Shown here: positions 41,262-54,200 of the stretch, in pieces
Layout: every line of letters begins with the position of its first letter
Position numbering within the stretch: position 1 is the first letter of the stretch
Origin: Squatina squatina
Lineage: Eukaryota
Direction of reading: 5' to 3'
Length of the DNA stretch: 64,000 nucleotides
Assembly (NCBI GenBank): GCA_031763465.1
Contig: JARFOE010000013.1
Span: 4,118,797-4,182,796 of the forward strand
Translations under genes and position numbers: made by a program
The notes under the pieces: generated by a model
Databases searched by the model: none
Seen by the model: only the letters and a program-made list of their open reading frames with translations
Told to the model about the DNA's origin: nothing

Positions 41262-42321
41262 NNNNNNNNNNNNNNNNNNNNNNNNNNNNNNNNNNNNNNN
41301 NNNNNNNNNNNNNNNNNNNNNNNNNNNNNNNNNNNNNNNNNNNNNNNNNNNNNNNNNNNNNTGCAGTCCCAATGTAAGAGTTCCATCTTCATCTTGGTTG
41401 CAGGGGATTTCTGGTTCTTGTCAACAAATCCTCTGAGTGAGAGAGACTGAGAAAGAACTGCATCCTTGTAGGTGTAATTTTCACCCTGCTTCAATGGAAT
41501 TATAGTGCCCATAGTCCGCTGTGTCAACCGTAGTCTGGTAGAGTAATTTTAAAAAACATTGAAAAGTCTGGGCAACAAAACTTTAAGATTGGCTTTGTAA
41601 CCTGTGATGAGATGATGATGATGGTGATGTATAAGATGTACCTTTACAATTTAATACTGGGAACAACTCTTCTTTAACCCGTGCACAAACAATCCTTTGT
41701 AATGCAAGGTTCTCAACCCCCAAATATTCAGCACAAGCAGTTAATCATTCATAATATGATGTAGGTTCAAGCCTGTAAATTATGTAGTCCAAATCCCAAC
41801 TATCAATTAACATGTCTTAAGATTCCAATAGTTTCCAGTTTAGTCGATCAGCTTGTCTGAAATCGCTTTTATTGATCCTCAATGGAATCCTCAGAACAAT
41901 CATCACATGTTCCTCTCCCTGCTAACTCCAGAAGGATAATCCCAGATTTGAAGTTGAGTCATACCATTGAAGGTGGATGTCTCCCGAATCCTGTTACTTT
42001 TTTTTCTTGTGGGATTGGGGACACTTTTATCACCAATATGTCTTCAGATCAAAACAAATTATTTCAGTCAATGTATATCTTAAATTAGAATCAGAAAATC
42101 TACTCTGTGGGCACCATACTAAGATTTCAGTATTGAGTGGTATAACTGGATGTAGTTGATAGAACTTTAACGAGGGCAGTCATCTCATGAAGTGGGCTCT
42201 TGTGGTTGCTGGAAGATGAAAATTGTTTAGTGTGTCAATTGGCAAGCAAATTTCCCACTGCCTGACTAATCCTCCTGTTGAGTAACCATGGTTCAATAAA
42301 CAATGGTTCATTCTGTATGAC

Positions 42322-42412
42322 AGAATCATAGAATGGTTACAGCACCGAAGGAGGCCATTCGGCCCATCGAGCCCGTGCAGGTTCACTGCAAGAGCACTTC
42401 AGCTAGTCCCCA
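42322..42412 (-). mobile_element. CR1-type 3' tail, truncated or interrupted near 42412
   Basis: agaatcatagaatggttacagcaccgaaggaggccattcggcccatcgag...agagcacttcagctagtccc. Confidence 0.75.
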
Positions 42413-42420
42413 CCCTCCAC

Positions 42421-42562
42421 CCCAACAGTGGAATCTCCAAAAACACCTGCCCCAACAGGGGAATCTCAAAAAAAAAGCACCCCACCAGGGGAAGCTTCCA
42501 AAAACACCTGCCTCACCAGGGGAATGTCACAAAAACACCCGCCACCCCCAGGGGAATCTCCC
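42421..42562. repeat. Minisatellite, about 4.5 copies of a 30-31 bp unit
   Basis: Unit approximately CCCA(A/C)CAGGGGAATCTCCAAAAACACCTGC, starting at 42421, 42451, 42481, about 42512 and about 42544 (partial). Confidence 0.85.
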
Positions 42563-42676
42563 AATTAGAAATTTAAAAACAGACTATGCGTTTTCAATCC
42601 ACTGCGTACACGCCAATTCATTACCGCTTTTACAGCGGCTGGTAGCAGCTGTGTGAGTGACCTGCCCACGAGAGGT

Positions 42677-42753
42677 CTGGAGAGGGAGCACGCGGTGTCC
42701 GCCGGCACGCTCGCGGCCTTCCGCGACCGGTGGGCGCCGGGGGGACTGGAGTG
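42677..42753 (+). mobile_element. Tx1-clade LINE ORF2 extreme C-terminus
   Basis: LEREHAVSAGTLAAFRDRWAPGGLE, resembling the E..F...W terminal motif of fish Tx1 ORF2. The segment is CpG-rich, suggesting a young insertion. Confidence 0.7.
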
Positions 42754-44378
42754 NNNNNNNNNNNNNNNNNNNNNNNNNNNNNNNNNNNNNNNNNNNNNNN
42801 NNNNNNNNNNNNNNNNNNNNNNNNNNNNNNNNNNNNNNNNNNNNNNNNNNNNNGATGAAAGGTTGAAACCTTTCCAGCTGCCCCCAGGTGTTGAATCATT
42901 GCTAGCAAAGGTGGTCCAGCTGTATTCAAACAACTCGCACGGCAGGGGGGTCACAAAGGGAATGGCAAATTGTAAAATCAAAACTCTATTCTTTAAACAA
43001 CTGCTGTCTTAGAAAATTCCATTCTGAAACGTCATGGTTAAACTTTGCATGTTTAAAAAGCAACAGAACAAGAATCTTTCAAGCAAACCATGTTTAACAC
43101 GAATTTGAAGTTGCATATTGCAAGTAATTTAATGTTTTCAAATGAAGTGACTTTTAGGCAATGAAGAAAACTGGATTTTAATCTTATATTCTATGCAGTG
43201 CATGTATTCATGTGATTTGTGCTGATATTTTTTACCCTGGTGTGCTGTTGTGCTAATTTGAGAAATTAAAGATGTTGTTTGCTGTACTGTGCATTTGTCT
43301 GNNNNNNNNNNCATTAAAAACCTGCCCCTGTGAAATACTGTCTGGGTTCGGACTGGAGCGGCCTGCTGCTGAGTCTCAGTCCTACTGTTACTGCTTTTAT
43401 CATTCACTGTAAACACTGTCCCTTGAAACCTCGCCAAGGGAAATGTTATGGATATTCTGCTCCTAGCTAGTTCGTGCCTTACTGTGGGTGCATCTTAATT
43501 CTAACCTCAGCTGGTCTTTAAAAATACTTTGTGTTTCACAGAACAGCTAAATATCCATTGAACTAAAAGTAATATTTCTAATCCTGCTGTTGTTTGAAAG
43601 CTATATTTTATCAAGTCCCTTCTACTTTTCCTGCGTCCCAACTCCTTCATTATCTGCTTGACTCTGGGAATCATTTAAACTGGGTCTTCCACCAGTGAGG
43701 CCATCCAGCCTCTGGCAACAGCTGTATTCTAAGAAGAGCACATAACAGTAGAAAATAGATGGCATGTTAGTTGCCGTGCATGATGAAAAACCTCTGTGCC
43801 ATAGTTATATATGGTATTAATATGGCCAGATTTGGACCCACTGTCCCCAAATTGTTACTTTAGTGTAATATGCTCTACTTGGCAATTCTGCTTTATGATG
43901 TAGCCCTGACCTAAAATAATCCCCGCACTTTCATCTGTCAGCTCATAGCCTTGTCTCAGAAATGTGCATTCTGCTGGGATATATTGCTGGAGGCAGCACT
44001 TGTAATAAACTTACAGCTACTCTGCATGTACATGAGTGAATCTAGCTCAGCAACCACAGGAAAAGCATCTCCACTGAAAGTCAAGCCTACCTTGTTCAGC
44101 CCCACTGGGATCGGCATGGGAACAAGTTCCTTTCAACACAGTGTAACCTCAAAACAAAATGGGCTTCAGGCTCAATTTTATTTTTTTCAACAGCAGGTAA
44201 GTACCCATCCCATTGATTGTTTAAAGAGTGGGGAAGAAGCAGCTTTAAGACTCAGCAGATTTTACATTTAACATATCTGCAGAGATAGGAAGAGAGTCAG
44301 TTGTCTGAATACTACCGTGACTCACTGGATGTCTATGACTTTATAATTCAGATACTCCAAGAGCGTGCCAGATTACAA

Positions 44379-44584
44379 GGAGTTAATGCGGGTGTAATGA
44401 GCATTGCAGTATGTTTTATGTTGGAATAGGAGACTGACAGCTGATCAAAGCACCGAGCTCAGCTCAGTACTTTAATCAGCTCTCGTTCCTTACTCCAGCA
44501 TAAAACATGCCAGAACATACATTATTACCATTAGTAGATAATGGTCATTCTAAGAATGTGGACTTTTACCCTGCATTAATGCCC
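44379..44584. repeat. Imperfect palindrome (MITE-like hairpin element)
   Basis: 44411-44459 is nearly the reverse complement of 44461-44508. The outer arms are ggagttaatgcgggtgtaa and ttaccctgcattaatgccc. Confidence 0.7.
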
Positions 44585-47500
44585 ACAGTCATAACCAATC
44601 AGAGTGCTGCCTTAATTTATTCTATCTACTATACATGATGAATGTAATGTGATATNNNNNNNNNNNNNNNNNNNNNNNNNNNNNNNNNNNNNNNNNNNNN
44701 NNNNNNNNNNNNNNNNNNNNNNNNNNNNNNNNNNNNNNNNNNNNNNNNNNNNNNNATTTGTTTGGGGTTGCCACAAATTTTCATAATGTTCTCTTTTTAA
44801 GTAACTTGGTATCTTATCTTCTCACAACAGAATCACATTTAATCAATGCCTGCTCCATCGTAACTGTTTTCACAACTTCAGCCCTGAATATCTGTCTTTC
44901 CAGATTGCAAAGACCAGCTATACTACAAAGAATAGTTATCATGCTTTGGCACTCTTATAACCTGTGTCTAGTGTGAGTGAGGCACATGAAACAGTGTCAC
45001 TTTACTTACACCCTCTGTCCCAGCAATGCTCCTGTTCCCTCTGTAGTGTAGAGTTCAGTTGTGCATGCATAGGCACGTACATGCAACCGTCTATGTGCTG
45101 CACACACGGCTGTGTGGGCACAATGCTCCTTCTGTTCTGACGATAACCAGAGCATCCCAATGTACACGACATGTTTCACCTCGCTGAATCTGCTGAGTTA
45201 CACCCATTAGGCTGGGGGCACAGAGTGGAACTTTTGGTAGCCAGTAGACAGATAGGTTTCTGGGACACTGTGTCTGCTCCAGCCACAACACTGGCTCTGT
45301 CGTAAGGTGTTGTGTTGAGTCACTGTTTGCATGGTTCTCAATGGAGCAGCAGCGGTGGAATGGGCATGTGAGTTTGCTGCTTTACGNNNNNNNNNNNNNN
45401 NNNNNNNNNNNNNNNNNNNNNNNNNNNNNNNNNNNNNNNNNNNNNNNNNNNNNNNNNNNNNNNNNNNNNNNNNNNNNNNNNNNNNNGCTATACATAATAA
45501 AACATCCTTTGGTTGAACCACAGACCAGTGTCGTGTACATTGACTCTAAGGGGTTTTTCCGCGAATACAGAAACGTAAGTCCAGATCCTTCGAACCCACA
45601 AGTTCCATTCAGTGGGATTGTTTCAGGCCTTTGCTGAGGCAAATTCCACTGGCACCGACCTAAAATCACCTACACTGTCCCACACAATTGCGATACCTTG
45701 TGTATCACAATTTGTACACTTCCCATCCCGTCCCTGAATTCCCTGAAATACCTACCTTTAATAAGAGGTGATGTCTGCCCCAACTAGAAACAGGTCCAGC
45801 TCTCGCTTGAGGGAACTCAGTGAGCCGCCGTCCACCGTATGAGACGGCAGCCTGTTTATTCATTTAAGGTCTAATTACAGGTAATCGGAAATAGAAAACT
45901 TTTTAAATATCCGTGTGAATTAATATTGCATTCCTATTTTGTCTGCTGAATTATTTTACTTCTGTTTAAATTTATATCCTACAACATAACTAAAATTATA
46001 GTTTAGCCTGGAATAAAAGGTTAATCAGCTTGCTTTTTACTTCTGTCAAACTTATCAGGAGGAAACATTGGGCATCTTTACAGTGTCTAACTTGAGAAAA
46101 ATGTCATTATTAGTTGCACAGCATACTGGTCCATTCACTCCATGCACAAGGTTACGTCTTGGATCATAGGAAACATGGCCTTATCCATGGAAACTGCCTT
46201 ATTACTGTAAGCACAAATGAAGATGGTTGGGGGAAGCCTGAAACATAAAGCCAACCCTGAATCCTAAGTTCTTCGAGTTGTTATATTCGCATCTCTGCAA
46301 CAAGTCCATTGAACCATAGTCCTTTCAGGCACAGAAGGAAGCCCATTGTGTCTGTTTGAGCTTTTTGGCCGGGAAATCCCAAATTAGTTGCAGTGCCCTA
46401 CTGTCTCCCCACAGCCCGATATATTGCCCTGAACTCTCACGGCGGCTCTGACGCACTCCTGCTGTAACTCCAGTATGAGACTGGCATGGCCCCAGGAACG
46501 TGGTCAAGACCTGGTTATGCTGGTTTTGTGAGTTTATTTATTGACTTGAGCAACACAAATGACATGTTGGGGCCAGGGACTTTTCAGACCAGGAATTCCT
46601 GCTCTTGATCTTCGGTTGGGACCTGACATTGTACAGGTAGCCAATATGCCAAGTGCTTGAAGGAATACTAACCGCTACAAAGGTGCAAATGGTTGGCCTG
46701 AAACCCCAAAGAAGGTAGATTTTGATATAAATTTGTGCAGATTAACCCCCTTGCTTACTGGACTGAAAGTAGCATTGCTGTTGTGTGGAGGGGAGACGGT
46801 CCTGTGCAATTCTCCCCAATTGGGCCTACATATGATTCCAGCCCCCCACCCCGTGGTTAACATGTAATATCTGAATGGCAACCAGGAATGTGTAATGAAT
46901 GGCAGCAAATTAGGAACCTGGGACTTTCTTGGTCACTGCTGCCCAACACCAAACTGGAGCGAGAAACTGGATGGTGAAGCATATGGTGCAACAATCTGCA
47001 TCATTCAATGTCTGCGAATGACAACAAGGAGAAACTTGGTCCCCAAGCTGCTGGTACTTGGTGCAGCTCCTTTCTAGTGCCCTCATTTCAGCAGATTGAA
47101 GTTATAAGAAGTGTTATTGGCTGGATTTAATATTGCTCATGAATTTAGATCAAGTCCAACACTCGTGTGGTTGTTTTTGGTCCGGTAATCCCTGAGGCGA
47201 GTAGTTTTGATTATGCTGTTCACATTCTTTTCATTCTCTCTCAATTTACAGTTCCCTATCTCTGAGGCTCTGAGAGCCAAACACAGAAATTTTAAATCAT
47301 AGGAACAGCTCCTGCTCCATTGATGATATATTAATCCTTTAGCTTAATATTGTTAATCTATTGCAGTCCAGGACATTCTATTCAGTTGGCAGCCATTCAC
47401 ATTGCCTGCAATTGCACAGCTATTAACTGCTCCTAATGGCAGATTGCCAACATATAGCTGAGTGACATCGTAATCAAGCAGCAATGACATTGCTATGATT

Positions 47501-47999
47501 ATGCACTTGTTTACAATTCTCATATAAAGCAATGGCTTCTGCTTCAGGGAAAAATGAGATAGAAAAGATTGATTTTAAATATCTCATCGACTTTGACAAT
47601 TGATCATTACTTTATATAAACAATTTTTTGGTTGACATTTTAGTTCACTACAGCACTTATGTACAGCTAGAAGGGCTAATTCCATGGTCGGCCACTCGCA
47701 GAGAGTGCAAGGCCACAGCCCACAGCTCACGATTTCCCAACCTGCACTCTCTGCTAGTGTCACTCCTCGCAGGGTGTGCCCAAACATTGAGCCAATCCCA
47801 AGGGTAATATAAGGGTAAATCTTGCACACTGTGCCTCTGGCACAGAGCTTCCTGGTCAAAGTTAATGGACTGAAAATCCATTGATCTCCCTGACTGAATT
47901 CTTAAAAGGCTTTCCCAACAAGTAGGGTTCCACGCTTGAAGCACAAATTTGTAAAATCTACATTTAGATCATAGCAATAATTTTTCAATGATCTGTCCA

Positions 48000-48180
48000 G
48001 TGCCAGCTGTGGCTCAGTGGGTAGCACGCTCATCTCTGAGTCAGCAGCTCCTGGGTTCAAGTCCCACTTCAGAGGCTTGTGCACCAAAATCTAAGCTGAT
48101 GTGCCAGTGTAGTACTGTGGGACTGCTGTACTGTTGGAGATGCTATCTTTCGGATGAAACGTTAACCCTCTCAGGTGGCT
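48000..48180 (+). mobile_element. tRNA-derived SINE 5' part (same family as 21160-21552)
   Basis: tggctcagtgggtag (A box) and gggttcaagtccc (B box), then ccagtgtagtactgtgggactgctg...ctttcggatgaaacgttaa. Confidence 0.8.
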
Positions 48181-50197
48181 GAGATATGGATCCCTGAATT
48201 GTGCTAACCCTTGAAACCCTCAGTCAGTGACTACTCTTCACAATTGAGCTGGGATTGTCATTGCTAGTGAAGTATAACCATAGATAGTCCATACAGTCAG
48301 ACCCAATCTTATCCACACACAATTCACTGGAAGCAACAAGTATTGAGGCAACTTCTCTGTTCCGATGACTGGGAATATAGTGGCTGACTGTAGTCACACC
48401 AACCAGCACCATGCAAGGTATTTCCTCTCTGAGCCAATGGACAGTAACAGATTGGCTGCATGTTTTACAGTCCGTCCAATCTTTGTTTCCATTGAAGTCA
48501 ATACAAACAAAAATCGGGCGGAGTGTAAAGCAGANNNNNNNNNNNNNNNNNNNNNNNNNNNNNNNNNNNNNNNNNNNNNNNNNNNNNNNNNNNNNNNNNN
48601 NNNNNNNNNNNNNNNNNNNNNNNNNNNNNNNNNNATAAGAGTCCCAGTAGTTCCAGTAAATTAATTCTGCAGCTGTTTTAATTATAGATCGTGCAGTGAC
48701 CAGTGTGTAAAAGATAAGAGCTGCATCTTTTTTAAAAACTCAAGTCACCTGTGTCAGAACATCATTCTGAAAAAACCTATCTAAATAATTAGTGCCTCAC
48801 CGACAATTATTTTGTTCATGCAATTATACAACTTCCTGGTTAACACACTGCACTTTTCAGACAGTCCTCCTGTCCATATCAATGACATTAAATGACAATA
48901 AAAAAAACAGTTTTCAAGAAATCAAGTACTGAATAAGGACAAGCTCAATCTAACACAAATGGAAATTCTAAACTAATTGAATTTCATTCAACAAAATTGT
49001 ACAAGAAGTGCAAATTCCAGTTGTGCTGGATACTTGTTTGAAACTCGTGACCGTTCCTAATTCTATCCCAACTTTGCCATCTTCTACGATGCATTCTTTC
49101 AGAAGATGCATACATCACTAAAAATTTCTCATCAACTGAGTTTTGATGATCATGGAGAACCTCTATTTACTGTGTGCATGCCACACACAAAATCTGATGT
49201 TTTGATGCTTCATCCTGAAAAATCCTGATTACTGCTGGTGTAGAATCTTGAACATAGTCTCCATGATTCTTCCCAGTGACACTATGAAATTTGCTGTGAA
49301 TTGTGGAAGCATTTAACATTATGCAAGAGTAGCAATTCCTGTTTCTTGGATTTAAAAAGAAAAATATAGTTTAATACTGATCGCTAATAGATTTCAGTGA
49401 ATGCCTGGGATGGGTGTTTTTTTAAAACTGATAGAACCATCAAGAATCTCCATGGAACAAATCTTACAAGAAGCACTGGAAATGCTAGAGTCACAGTCCC
49501 TCTCGGACTTTTAGTCACGACATTTATACCACAGCATTGATTCAGATTTTGCTATTGAACAGCAAACACTGGTGCACATTGAATGGAAAGTAGATCAAAT
49601 TTGGATTAAAAGTATTGTAACTCATTGATTCAGTACCTCCAACAGTGATACTTAATGATAATCCCTGTCAGTAACATTCCCTCTTCACCAAATTCTAGGT
49701 CCTGGTTTCTTGGAGAGAATAAATTGACTATATTGAAAAGATGTCTGAAAGTGGAATTTATTAAATATATGTTTAAATGCAGGCTATAGGAAACCTAAAA
49801 GGATAAGTATTTTATACCCATTTCTTTCATCCTTCCTCTGCATACTGATTTTTTTTTTTAATGTCGACTGAGGATGTTTTTAGACTTTGATTTAACGTAG
49901 TCCACATAGTCAATATATAGGAAATGAAAATAGTGGAGAATCTGTCCTTGTATGCAGAAATTAAAATGCAAAGTTAACTGTCATTGACTCCATCTGGAGG
50001 CATTTTATCCATTTGTACCCAAGTACAAACCCCCCACTTTCTCTTGTTTCCATCAACTGCCAGTGTCAAATCTTTGAGGTATTTGTCCACCTTAATTACT
50101 TCCAGTCCTTACCCTGCTTTGCCCTTTGTTTGCGAAAGAATAAGGCAGTACTTCCATACTGTACTCTGTGTTCCTGCAGCACACACAATTCTGGACC

Positions 50198-50666
50198 TGT
50201 AACCAGTTTGGATTGCTAAGTTTCTTTGGTTTTGTTTCCCCCAACCCCCGCCTCCGAGCTATGCTCTCCCCACCCACTGTAGGGTGTTCAGCGTGGGATC
50301 TTCCCCTCTGTGGGATCATCCCCACCCTATTTGACCGGTGCCGATATCGTACTCCCCTGGGTTTAGCCAATGAAGCACGTATACCTCACGGGTCGGGGGT
50401 CCGAGAAAATGGACTTATGTTAGTACCCGGTGATGGATCACGTAGTCGAATAGCACGAAGTAACACACAAACTCGGTGTTTAATAGAATTGAAAACGGTT
50501 GGTTTTATTTATGCTGACACAAAGTCCAATGCCTTAACACTGAAACAACTTACACACACTCTAAGATACCCGTCCCCCAGGACCTTTCGCAACTGGTTCC
50601 TGAGGGTGTTTGCTTGTATCAACAGGCTTAACAGTTTACATACACTAAAATCACACACACAGTCTT
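50198..50666 (-). mobile_element. Possible LTR fragment
   Basis: The block starts with TGTAAC (a ..TTACA terminus on -). It is CpG-richer than its flanks, has AATAAA on - near 50503-50508, and runs into a gap. The 211-aa ORF over it has no recognisable domain. Confidence 0.4.
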
Positions 50667-51399
50667 NNNNNNNNNNNNNNNNNNNNNNNNNNNNNNNNNN
50701 NNNNNNNNNNNNNNNNNNNNNNNNNNNNNNNNNNNNNNNNNNNNNNNNNNNNNNNNNNNNNNNNNNAGATGTTATTAAAGATAGATCCTGCAGTGTTGAC
50801 TGACCAGTGGTAACGAGTGTGTTTCTAAAAGGTATATATTGGACAGATATCTGAAATGCACAGAGCTGGGGGAATATGATAAATGGAGTGGTTTACTGAA
50901 CAGAATTGCAATGGGAATTTGGGGCAGAGTGGGAAGGAGGTGCTTAGTAATTTAAACCAAAGAGCAACAGTACATAATTGTACCGGAGGAAATAGAAAAA
51001 GTGATGTCATAAACAATACAGAGCGGAGTGGTGGAACCCAAGAAAATTAAGTATATAGGTAATAAAAAGAAAGACTTGCATTTATAACGCGTCTTTCATG
51101 ACCACCAGACGTCTCAAAGCGCATTACAGCCAATGAAGTACTTTTTGGAATGTAGTCACTGTTGTAATTATCTAGATATCCGTTTGTGTGTTTAGTATCT
51201 TTAGTGATTGGTGTTAAGCTTGAGTTAGTAAGGATTTAATATTAGTGCAAGCCAAAGGAAAACTAGCTAAGTGACAATTCTAACTGGGCTTAAAGGTGTT
51301 AATAACTGGAATAGTAATTAATCGTAGTAACTAATTAATTTATTTAACATCAAGCTAAATCCACCTATTTAATAGTCCTACAGATAGCTAACTAATAAA

Positions 51400-53099
51400 T
51401 TAATTAATTAAGGCATGTTAGTTCAGGCAGTGTGTTGGGATTATAGTATTTAGGAGTTTGTGGACAACGCGACTGTTCAGACTGCCACAACTGCAAGAAA
51501 TGTTTCTGCTTCGCCACTCCGGCTCAGTTATTGAACTGGAGTCCGAGCTAGAGGCACTGCAACACATGGAGGAGAAGGAATTACTGGATAATTCACTCCA
51601 GAGTACAGTCATGCACCAGAGAAAAGCACAGATGCAGGAAGGGGAGAGTGTGACTGTTAGTCAGCTGGGTAAGGGGAATGTAGGAGACGGAATGAGAGGT
51701 CCAGTAGATACTGCTCCTGTCCCAACAGGTACAAAGTACTCAATACCTGTGAGGATAAGGAGAGGACTGTAGGAAGGACAGCCAGAATGCTGACCAAGGT
51801 ACCATAGAGCAGAAGGCTGTCCAAGGGGAGGTGGTGCAGAGTAGAAAGGTTACAGTTACAGGGGATTTTATAATTGGGGGGAGGTGGGTGGATAGAAACT
51901 ACTCTTTGCAGTCAAGATAGAAAGTTACGAAGGGTGTGTTGCCTACCAGGTGCCAGGGTAAGGGATATCTCGAGATAGCAGGAGAGGAATTTGGAAATGG
52001 AGGGGGTAAATCCAGTTGTTGTTAAACATGTTTGAACAAACAACATAGGTAGGAACAGAAAGGAAGTCCTGCTGAAGGAGTCCCAGGAGCTGGAACCTTG
52101 AGGGTAACAATCTCTGGATTATTGTCTGAGCCACGTGAAAATTGGCATAGAGACAGACAGATCAGGTGAGCTAACACGTGGCTAAAGGACTGGTATGGGA
52201 AAGAGGGGTCCCTTTTCATGGGGCACCCACACCAGTATTGGCACAGGAAGGAGCTGTACCAATGGGCCAGGCTCCACCTGAATCAGAGTGGGACTAGTGT
52301 CCTAGCGGAAAGGGTAAATAGGGAGTTGCCAAAGGCTTTAAACTAATAAGGAGGGGGTGGAGGGGTCTATAAGAAATGAAACAAGCTTAAATGTAAATGA
52401 AACAGGAAAGGAGTGCATGGGACAGACTAAACTAAGGGATGACATAAATGGGCAGGGAAACAATAGAGTTACAAAACAGGAGTGTAAGAAGATGCTTAAA
52501 AATAAAGTGAGAGTAACTACTATTAAAAATGTGTTAAACTATCTGTACAGCAATACACACAGTGTCCGTAATAAAACAAGGGAACTGGAAGAAATAATAT
52601 GTTGCAAGGGACCAAATATAGTCGGAATTACTGAGACATGGCTACAAAAAAAATCAGAACTGGGAATTAAACACTGCAGGGTATAACATATTTAGAAAAG
52701 AGAGTGGATGTGGAGTAGCTGTAGTTATTAGAGATACCATAATGGCAGTACAAAAAAGTAATGCAGCCATCAGTAAGCCAGAAATAGAATCCATGTGGAT
52801 AGAGAGAAGATATAAAAAAAAGGATCAATTACACTAATAGGAGTAGTCTACAGACCACCAAGTAGTGGAAGGGTGATAGAAGAAAAAATATGCAAACAAA
52901 TTAGGGAAATGAGTAACAAACAGAATAATAATCATGGGGGATTTCAACTACCCCAAAATGAATTAGCCAGAAGAGGTAGGTAAAGGGGATAAGGGAATAG
53001 AGTTCTTACAGTGTGTACAGAACTCCTTTCTCACCCAGTATGTAAGAAGCCCAGTGAGGGAGGATACGCGATTGGATCTGGTAATGAGGAATGAACCAT
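51400..53099 (+). mobile_element. CR1 LINE 5' half: ORF1 (zipper and esterase) plus start of ORF2 (AP endonuclease), with frameshifts
   Basis: VIELESELEALQH, RVCCLPGARVRDIS, ISGLLSEP, LHLNQSGTSVLA, then LYSNTHSVRNK, IVGITETWL, GVVYRPP, IIMGDFNYP and LDLVMRNEP. Confidence 0.9.
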
Positions 53100-53959
53100 N
53101 NNNNNNNNNNNNNNNNNNNNNNNNNNNNNNNNNNNNNNNNNNNNNNNNNNNNNNNNNNNNNNNNNNNNNNNNNNNNNNNNNNNNNNNNNNNNNNNNNNNT
53201 TTAAAAATAAATTCCGTTTCCTTTCTGTCTCTTTTTCTCTCTCTCTCTTAATCCAATCTTTCTTTCCCTCTTTTATCCCCCTCCTGTAACCTATTTGACT
53301 CGAATTCACCCTCCTTCCCCATCATTCCTCTGTTTCTTTCTTAATCCTTAAATCTCATGGGTTAAGGAGATAGACTCGATAGACTATTGGTCCCATTGCT
53401 CATTAAGGTCCCAGGTACCACAATGCCCTCACTGCACCATTAAAAACTCGCACTTCCAGCANNNNNNNNNNCGTATGGTGAGGAACAAGCCTCCCTCACG
53501 TGGCACTCTGAGTGATGCTCCGGCAAGGTCTGGCCCACATTGGCAATAAGATATCAAGCATGACGATGTGCTTTAGCAATGTAACACACTGCGGTTCGAC
53601 ATGTATCTTTGGTGGAGATGTCTGTCTCACATAAAAAAATACTGTCTGCTCCTAATAATTTAATGTTGATTTTGCCTAACAATAACATTGTGAAATATCC
53701 AATCATCTGAATTAAGCAACTTAAATAACACAGAGAAGTGGACATTTAACGGTTAAGTAGAGAGAACTTGAACGAAGCAATGCTGAATTAGGAGGAGTAC
53801 GCTGAATCGTAGAGAGGCAAAATTAAAAGGAATCATGGGGTTACACTGACAAGCCAATCAAAATTTGCTTTTACTGTTTACTATAATGAACCATTCTTCT
53901 CATGAATATTCAACATTTTCTTTACACCCTTATTCTAAAAACAATTCGAGGCATTCGTA

Positions 53960-54200
53960 CCTTAGAGGAGAAAGATTTTTTCACATAGCGAGTTGTAGTG
54001 ATCTGGAACGCGCTGCCTGAAAGGATTCGATAGTAACTTTCAGAAGGGAATGAGATATTCACTTGAAGGGGAAACATCTGCAGCATGGTAGGGAAAGAGC
54101 GGGGCGGCGGCGGAGTGGGACTAATTGTATCGCTCTCTCAAAGAGCCGGCACAGGCACAATGGGCGGAATGGTCTCCTTCTGCGCTGTATGCTTCTATGA
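53960..54200 (+). mobile_element. CR1 LINE 3' end
   Basis: RVVVIWNALPE followed by the atgggcggaatggtctccttctgcgctgtatgcttctatga tail. Confidence 0.75.

Noticed and set aside
42421-42562. CRISPR-like array of about 30-bp repeats
   Set aside because: The units are head-to-tail with no unique spacers, and the context is vertebrate. It is a minisatellite.
48002-48075. tRNA gene
   Set aside because: A and B boxes are present, but the sequence continues into a SINE body found several times in the window, and I see no clean cloverleaf.
50168-50803. 211-aa ORF
   Set aside because: It has no recognisable motif, crosses a gap and overlaps a probable LTR-like repeat.
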